NCBI GenBank assembly: GCA_012295275.1
Contig: CM022672.1
Span: 18,724,001 to 18,788,000 of the forward strand
Reading direction: 5' to 3'
Origin: Chrysomallon squamiferum
Lineage: Eukaryota > Animalia > Mollusca
Length of the DNA stretch: 64,000 bases
The notes under the pieces are model-generated. The model ran no database searches, was not told the origin of the DNA, and saw nothing but the letters and a program-made list of their open reading frames with translations. The position numbers and the translations under genes are program-made. This document shows, in pieces, positions 56,423-64,000 of this stretch. How positions within the stretch are numbered: the stretch's first letter is position 1; the number at the start of each line of letters is the position of its first letter.

Positions 56423-57446
56423 CTAAAGGCAAAACAAAGAAAAATGGAAACCAACAGAGGATGAAAACTCCAACTACGATTCCCAGAGTCTTGGCTGCTT
56501 TCTTTTCTCGTTTGAACTTTGCTACTTTGCCAGCCAGAGTGAGTCGAGACATGGCTTTTTTGCCCGACCCCTCCGAATGTTCGCTGGAACTGCTGCTCTG
56601 GTACATGGGCGAGGGCTGGGGAGCCGACTTGCCTCCCCCTGTGTGAATCCTCAGCGTAATCCCAGATTCGTCGATTTTCGACGTCTTTACACCAGTTGAC
56701 AGAAACTTTGAGTGTTTCACGGCCTCGCGATATATCCTTATGTAAACAAGAACGATAATCAGGGTGGGAATGTAAAAGGAACCGGAAACGGAAAACAGAA
56801 CGTATCCTATCTGCGTGGTCACCGTGCAGACTCTGGGGTCGGGGTCGGGCGGCTCCTTCCATCCTATCAGAGGTGCTACCGAGATGATGGTGGCCAGCAA
56901 CCAGACGAGAACGATGATGTAGATAGCACGACGTTCGGTCATGATGGTGGAGTGTTGGAGAGGTCGTGTTATGCCGATGTACCTGTCGATGCTGATCACG
57001 CACAGACTCATGATGGATGCCGTGCAGCACAGGACGTCAATGGCCGCCCAGATGTCGCAGAATATCTGACCAAATATCCAGTAGTCCAAAATCTCGAGGC
57101 TTGCCGAAAACGGCAGCACCGTGGTACCGAGCAAGAGGTCGGCTATGGCGAGATTGACGATGAAGTAGTTGGTGGTGCTCCGCAGATGAGAATTGACGAA
57201 CACTGCCAAGAGAACCAGCACGTTGCCGCCTATGGTCATGAGGCAGATGAATCCCAGGATGATACCCTTACAGACAGCAGCGGGTAGGTAAATGGCCGGA
57301 TCCTCGCCCGTGCAGTTAGTGACGTTGCTGGCAGGAGTTGAACTCAAGTTGCAAAAATCAAAGTCGACTTCCATGTCAGTCCACGACGTCGCGCCAACGA
57401 CACCAGCATTGCGTGGTATCTGAATCGTCTCGTAATCACCGATCAT
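56423..57446 (-). CDS. ADRA1: Alpha-1 adrenergic receptor-like GPCR, coding exon 1 (N-terminus to TM6)
   Basis: Long ORF, more GC-rich than its flanks. Motifs: GNxLV (TM1), NLAIADLL (TM2), DVLCCTASI..SIDRYIG (TM3 Asp plus DRY), GYVLFSVSGSFYIP (TM5 serines), TLRIH in ICL3, REKKAAKTLGIVVG..CWFPFF (TM6). These closely match vertebrate ADRA1A/B as recalled. N-glycosylation sequons NLS, NVT and NCT lie in the N-terminus. The first in-frame ATG is at 57446, with an in-frame upstream stop at 57494-57492; an alternative ATG in strong context (GACATGG) is at 57374. The exon ends at donor G|GTAAGT (56423/56422). Confidence 0.93.
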
Positions 57447-57472
57447 TAAAAACAAATCAGTCGAAACATCAT
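57446..57472 (-). promoter_or_regulatory. Short upstream ORF (MMFRLICF*) whose TAA overlaps the first in-frame ATG of the receptor
   Basis: The minus strand reads aga ATG ATG TTT CGA CTG ATT TGT TTT TAA-TG ATC. The last A of TAA (57446) is the A of the receptor ATG. It is only functional if this stretch is in the mRNA. Confidence 0.5.
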
Positions 57473-58466
57473 TCTCTCCTTGTTGTGTGGTTTATCTTCC
57501 CTGTTCATTCCTAATTAGATATCCACCTTCTTTGTCAGAAAGCAAAAGAAGCACAAACAACATCTCGAATGCTACATTAATACTCTTTTTCATTCCAGGA
57601 TGTGTTTTTGATATATTTATTTCACCGTATCAGAGATACCAAATACGACATTTATTGTCAACTCTCTGTCGAAACTGGTTATTCTTAAAGTCCTGATAAT
57701 GAATAATACTAGATTCTTTTTAATCTGAAGATTGTATTACACAGATTAACCCAATCACAGCTAATTAAATGTCGTAATGACATTTAGGCGTAGGCGCTTG
57801 ACAGGAAGCTTCTGTGGAACCGTTCGTTATCAGTCAGATTCTACAATTGAATCTGTTACGTAAAACATTGTTTCATCTGCTGTAAGCATTCTAAAATTGA
57901 TCAGGTGTTTTAACTGCAGAAATATCTCTTCATCGTAAAAATCTCCCCTTTAGATTTTACATTACTCCTCTTCATTCATGAGATTTTTACTGTAAATAAA
58001 TTTCCGAGAGCCGCAGTCGTATCGTACTCTTTACTTTCATGACTTGAACCTCTAAATACAATTATTTTAATAGTTAAAGTCTGAACACGTATTTCGTAGA
58101 CAGATTTTAACATCTAAACTCCATTCATTGAATACAAATTTTTAACACATGAATATGCAGAACACATTATTTCTCTGTTTCGTCTGCATGATGCAATACT
58201 TCTTAGAAATAATCCTTTCGCTTACGATATACTCTGTTTGTGTTTAGTACGGTCCAGGTAATAGTATACAAGTACGGAAACCGAAGACGTATTAACAGTT
58301 TTTAATCAACCCCGTAAGCCGAATGGCAAAAGAAAGTTTACGTCATAAAACAGAACAGAACACTTCGTCAATAATTTGAGCCCAATATTAACACGTGCAG
58401 CTACAATACCGCCATTAACTTTTAGTGCTACCATTGTACGACACGATTTTATTACTTCGTAAGTAC

Positions 58467-58716
58467 CTTGTGTTTTTCTCCCATGCCTGCAATTTGCCCA
58501 GAGTAAAAAGCAACTGATTTCTTTGCTCGCCTCTGGTACAAGCCAGTATCACCAACGCTGAGATTTCTTCTCGCGGAGGGTTCACATTGGACAGAGCAGG
58601 CGAGAGAGAGGCGGTCTAAAACACACCAATAGCGGATCGATCGTGTGCTGGGCATCACTTCTCTCGAACACAGAGAGTTCAGCGACACGCCGGTTTGTGT
58701 TACATCCTGTCGCTTT
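58467..58716 (-). other. Possible non-coding 5'UTR exon, or 5' start of a long exon 1
   Basis: GC/CpG-richer block beginning after a good acceptor (catctttttcAG, 58718-58717). A weak donor AAG|GTACTT lies at 58467/58466. There is no transcript evidence. Confidence 0.3.
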
Positions 58717-59878
58717 CTGAAAAAGATGATGCAAAATAAGGAAGACGCACTAACAACGAGTCATGTTTGATTCCTTGCTACAGGTTCATTTTATCCCTCT
58801 TGTTGACCGTGGGAACAACAACAACAACAAAAAAGTTCCTTTAACGGGCGTGTTTGATTATTAATTTACAAACACTGTTATTAACTTATTAGAGATTTAT
58901 TTTATCCATATCACTGACCAGGGGAGAAAAAAATTAAATGCGGCTATGACGGATGTGCTTGAATATTAACATCTAAAGCTTGTTATTGACTTATTAGATG
59001 TTAAATTTTTATTCCTCTCGTTGAAGAATATTAATTTACTCGGCATACTAATAGTTTGTTTAAGATTTGTAACAGCTTATTTTGCTCCTTGTCACTTTAG
59101 TCCATCATGAAGAAAACATGCATACATGCATGTTAATAATTTGTCAAAAATTTCGGTTAATTTTATCCATCTTCTCAAATAATTTAAGTTTCTTGTATAT
59201 CAATAATTTTGGAACTTTATAGACATTTCTCGCTGTGGTATTTCCGTCAGTTACTTGTTTGCTAATGAGTTAGAGAATTCATAATTATAGAGAAACGTCC
59301 TTAAACTACGATAATTTGATCAATAATATTTATTTTCGTTTTATGTTTTGTAGCATATACACTGCTATACTATATAGCACTATGCTATATTTTGCTTACT
59401 CTGTCGTTTTAATCTGTAAGACAGTACACCACCAGATTTCTTTATTAGGCCAGCCACATGCTTCAGAAGATATATAGTGTTTACATTTTATCATTCTGTT
59501 TTCTTCTGCTGCTGTTTATTTTTTTTCAAAGCGTTATTGTTACACAAGTAAAACGTTTGTGATTATATCGTATATTTTCAATTTTTGTACGTGAATATTT
59601 CTCTGTGTGTTTTTATTATTATCATCATCATCATCATCATCGTCATCATCATTATTATTATGTTCTTCTTCTTCTTCTTCTTCTTCTTCTTCTTTTATGA
59701 TGCTGTTTTTCGTCTTCTTCTTGTATGTATATACGTATATGTGTAAGAAATGGATGTGTGAAGGGTCACTTTTAATATACTTTTCATGGAGATAACCTCA
59801 AACTTGGTACAACACTTTTTTCCAAGCTGATAATAAATTTCTGAAGCACAACATTTGATACTTAAAATATTCAACAGC

Positions 59879-59922
<44 letters not shown>

Positions 59923-60189
59923 ATTTAAAAATTTCAGAAACTAGTGAATTTAATGACTTTCAGAGCTTGAAATGAAATGTATAATTAAGTCCTTTTTTTC
60001 ACACGAAAAACGTGTTTCTTGCAAAGCGTGAACTTTAACTAAACCACGTATCAGTTGATTACAGAAATGTCGTAGTTTGGAACGTAACATCCAGGGACAA
60101 AAAAAGGCCTCATAAATAATGCTGCTTACGGCTACGTTATAACATGTCAAAATGTTTTCTCAAAACAGACTCTATACGCTTGTTAAACT

Positions 60190-60965
60190 ACAGTTATCCT
60201 GACATAAAATACACTTGTTATCCTGGACAAAACACACTTCTTATACAATACTAACATACACATGTTATCTTGTACTAAAATACACTTGTTATCCTGTACT
60301 AAAATACACTTGTTATCCAATACTAACATACAGATGTTATCCAGTACTAACATATACTTGTTATCCTGTAATAACATACACTTGTTATCCGGCACTAACA
60401 TACATTTGTAAAGCATTACTAGCATACACTTGAAATCCATTACTAACAAACATTTGTCTGCCATTATTAATAGATGTTTTTGCCCAGTACTAACATACAC
60501 GTGTTATCCAGTACTAATATGCACTTGTTATCCAATACTAACATACACATGTTATCCAGTACTAATATGCACGTGTTATCCAATATTAACTTATACGTGT
60601 TATCCAGTACTAATATATATTTGTTATGCAATACTAACATACACTAGTTATCCAGTACAAACATATACGTGTTATCCCGTTCTAACATACACTAGTTATC
60701 CAATACTGACATATACGTGTTGTCCAGTGCTAATATATACTGGTTATCCTTTACTAACATAAATGTGTCATCCTGTTCTAACATACACTTTTATCCAAAA
60801 GTAATATATACTTGTTATCTAGTACTAATATACATTTGTTATCCAGTACTAACATACACGTGTTATCCAGTACTACTTTATACTTGTTATCTAGTATTAA
60901 CATATACTTTTTATCCAGTTCTAATATAAACCTTTGATCAAATATTAACATGTAACTGTTATTAA
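60190..60965. repeat. 24-bp minisatellite (TATCCAGTACTAACATACACTTGT), ~30 copies
   Basis: Periodic repeat that translates as YPVLTYTC repeats in the ORF track, with frame breaks. Confidence 0.9.
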
Positions 60966-61950
60966 CTTAACAGAAGCAATGTAGCAGCAGCTGAAGATTT
61001 TAATTTATTTGAAATAGTTGAATTCATGGCAGTTTTAATTATTTATTTTTTCTGCATTTTCAGTAGTAGTTACAATAGTAGTAGCTGTAGCAGTAGCAAT
61101 AGTAGTAGTGGTAATGTAACTGTGTGGTAGAAACAATTGTGATAACTGTATTATATGTAGTGGTGATAATGGTGGCCAATAACAAAAAAGATAATACATT
61201 TAGTCGGTTTAGTTAATTTACAACGTTTGTATCAGAGAACAAATTAGTCTTGTGCACTATCCAAGACTGCGTATATACAAAAATAAAAATAAAAATATAT
61301 ATAAATAAAGCGTAAATAAGAAATAGCAAAATACTACTGTAACTCGTCTTTTGATGAAATGGATTTTACATGTCTCTCGATAAATGGTTTGTAGGACGAG
61401 AAGAACCCTTCTATGCGAGACATACGCAAACTCGAATCTGACATGTTCCTGATCTTTAAAGTTTCTTGTTATTGGTTTTTCGTGTCGGAGTAACACGTCC
61501 TTATAGTTAAATAAACATGAGATTTGATCGATTCAATCAGCGGGCCAAAGTAAAGGGTTGTTTTATAAGTTTGCAGTCATGCTAAGAAACACAAGGAGCA
61601 TGTCGGTGTGTTATCTCAACTTGTCATGATTTGCTTTCTTTCTTTGTGAAAATAACGTATGAAGAAGAAAGTTAACTGCCGGTTGAAATAAGCTGTGATT
61701 TCCTGCAATATATAAACACTGGTATATTTTTTTTTATGTTGTGTATTATAATTAATAATAATTATACGCAATAATACAAATTTATTTTGTGCAAATATTA
61801 AGCTAGATAGACACATACACATATACAAACATTCACACAACCACAGAAAAGTAGCTAGAAACATTTTTTTTCTATTCAGATATAGGATATATAGTACTAG
61901 TAGTAGTGATAGCAGTTGAGCCGTAGCAGTGGCAGTGGTAGTAATAGTGG

Positions 61951-62014
<64 letters not shown>

Positions 62015-63019
62015 TATAATACTAAGTTTTAGTATTAATTGTATTTTATTTTATTTTGTTTTTATTTTTATTTTATTTTTTTTATTTCCATCGAAAGAGA
62101 CCTTCTTTGAAAGCCGTGTTGTTTTGGAGATTTTTATTTTTATTTTTATTTTTTCTAATTTCAGCTGTGAATCCTGTGTCACACATCCACTGACTCATAC
62201 TTCTGAATTCAGAGCAATGTCTTTCAGTTAATGCATCATTTTTAAATTTGACAACACTAAAGAACTGCATGACAAAACTATGTGGAGTAAACAGTTCATA
62301 TTTTAAAAATAATCAAATAAAAATACCAGATCGAAGTAATTATTCTGCATCAGTAGAAATAATAACACTTAACAGGCGTTAACTTTAATAATAAAAAACT
62401 AAATCTTAAATCAGAGTTATAATGTTACAAGAAAATAAGTAACAAAAATTTAGATATAACTGTTTCTTACAAATCTGATCATAAATTACATTTGTCAGGA
62501 GCGGACTGACATGATGGAGAGAGTCCATATCTGCTCTTTCTATTTTACTTTTTCAACCAGTAGTCTTCATCTTCTTTATTTCTTTATTGTTTTATTATTA
62601 ATTTTTATTATTGTTAATATTATTATTATCATTATTATTATTATTTATTCTTTTTTTTAAACTATTTAACATTCATGTATCAAAACAAATTACGTTTTAA
62701 AATGCAGGAAAATAAATAATTAAAGTACCTATGAATTCAACTGTCCAAGATAATTTTTGATATTAACTACAATTACATTGCGTTTGTTCTTTTTGTGTCT
62801 TGTTAATCTAATCTACAAAAACCGAATGAACAAAATAAATAAAAGAAACACAAAATAATATATTAATAAACAAAAATATCATGAAATAAAAAACTTGAAA
62901 TTTTTTTAAAAATTAAAAAAAAAAAAAAAAAAAACACAACAAAAGCAACAAAATTAACACGAAAATGACTACAACTCTAAGCTATCCGTCACTGTATGTA
63001 AGAGAAAATAAATAATGAT

Positions 63020-63190
63020 AAAAGTTTTATTTAGCGAGACGCCCAACTCATTTTTGATCTGTAGTTAAATAGAATCTTACTGACTAATTAGCATACCTAT
63101 AATGAGAGAAGAAGCCCTCTGTCGCCGGGCCATAGGCTACTCTTTTCAGATCAGCAGAAAGTAATCTTTTAAATAAGGTTTCCCATAGGC
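63020..63190 (-). mobile_element. Decayed SINE copy (resembles the mollusc MESC/Meta-type SINE core and 3' tail)
   Basis: gagagaagaagccctctgtcgcc..ggctactcttttcagatcagcag..tcttttaaata..ttccca is the approximate reverse complement of the motif at 54222-54345 and 1348-1392. The family name is from recall. Confidence 0.55.
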
Positions 63191-63299
63191 ATTGTCTGGT
63201 GTGTGGGTAAAGTTCAGTGGACTAAAGAAACTAGAGCAACATAGTTTTGCCTCGACCACAGCATTAATATAATTTTATGATCATTATTTATTACATTCA

Positions 63300-63810
63300 A
63301 AGTATAGTATAGTATAGTATAGTACAGTACAGTACAGTACAGTACAGTACAGTACAGTACAGTATAGCATAGCATACATAGCACAGTATAGTATAGCACA
63401 GTCTAGTATATAATAGTACAGTATTGTACAGTACAGTAAAGTACAGTAGTATAGTGTGATGTGGTACAGTATACTGCAGTGGTATACAGTACAGTATAGC
63501 TTGGTACTGTACAGTACAGTATAACTTGGTACTGTACAGTATACCTTGGTACTGTACAGTATAGCTTGGTGCTGTACAGTGTAGTACAGTACAGAAAAGT
63601 ATAGTACAGTACAGTATAGTATAGGCACAGAACAGTACATCACAGTACAAAATAGTATAGAATAGTATAGTATAGTATAGCACAGCATAGCATAGTAAAG
63701 TATAGTACAGTATAGAACAGTATAATATAGTATAGTATAGTATAGTATATAATAGCATAGTATAGTATAGTATAGAATAGTATAGTATAGTATAGCACAG
63801 CGCAGTATAA
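63300..63810. repeat. (AGTAY)n pentanucleotide array with an internal 20-25-bp CTTGGTACTGTACAGT higher-order unit
   Basis: agtat/agtac repeats; cttggt[ag]ctgtacagt occurs four times between about 63500 and 63580. Confidence 0.9.
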
Positions 63811-64000
63811 ATAAAAATTAACCACGCTTTGGAAGATGACCAAGATTATATAAATATTTTTTATGTTAACAGAAACTGATTGAACATATTTAAGAACATT
63901 TTTAAAAAATTGGATAAAAAATCTTCTTATAATGTGTGCACGTGGTACTGCTTTGATATATTCATATTTCAATAAATGAGATATAAAACAAAAGTGCCTC

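Noticed and set aside
56712-57287. 191-aa antisense ORF (and the 203-aa alternative-frame ORF 56419..57030) over exon 1
   Set aside because: These are shadow frames of a GC-rich hydrophobic coding sequence, with no recognisable motifs.
60183-60929. YPVLTYTC-repeat ORFs as a repetitive structural protein
   Set aside because: Frames are broken, both strands are partly open, and there is no signal peptide or splice support. The pattern follows from a 24-bp unit.

Overview
This is AT-rich, microsatellite-dense eukaryotic DNA, probably from a lophotrochozoan such as a mollusc (inferred from the repeat landscape and SINE-like fragments). It holds one supportable protein-coding gene, a minus-strand class A aminergic GPCR that matches the alpha-1 adrenergic receptor (ADRA1) family motif by motif. 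The CDS has two coding exons: 57446..56423 (N-terminus to TM6) and 24138..23420 (ECL3, TM7 and a long C-tail). They are joined across a 32,284-bp phase-1 GT-AG intron at the same end-of-TM6 position as in vertebrate ADRA1 genes, giving about 580 aa. The rest is intron or intergenic sequence: simple repeats, several minisatellites, short tandem duplications and decayed SINE/DNA-transposon relics. Almost all other ORFs in the track are repeat translations or shadow frames. The most interesting signals are possible regulatory layers on the receptor: a uORF whose stop overlaps the first in-frame ATG (TAATG), a perfect second donor or recursive site 92 nt into the intron, further AG|GT ratchet candidates, a UGA-C stop whose readthrough would add a PDZ-type tail, and a synonymously diverged duplicated NQSLSAT motif. 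No prokaryotic systems (CRISPR, operons) are supported. All family comparisons are from recall, not from database searches.
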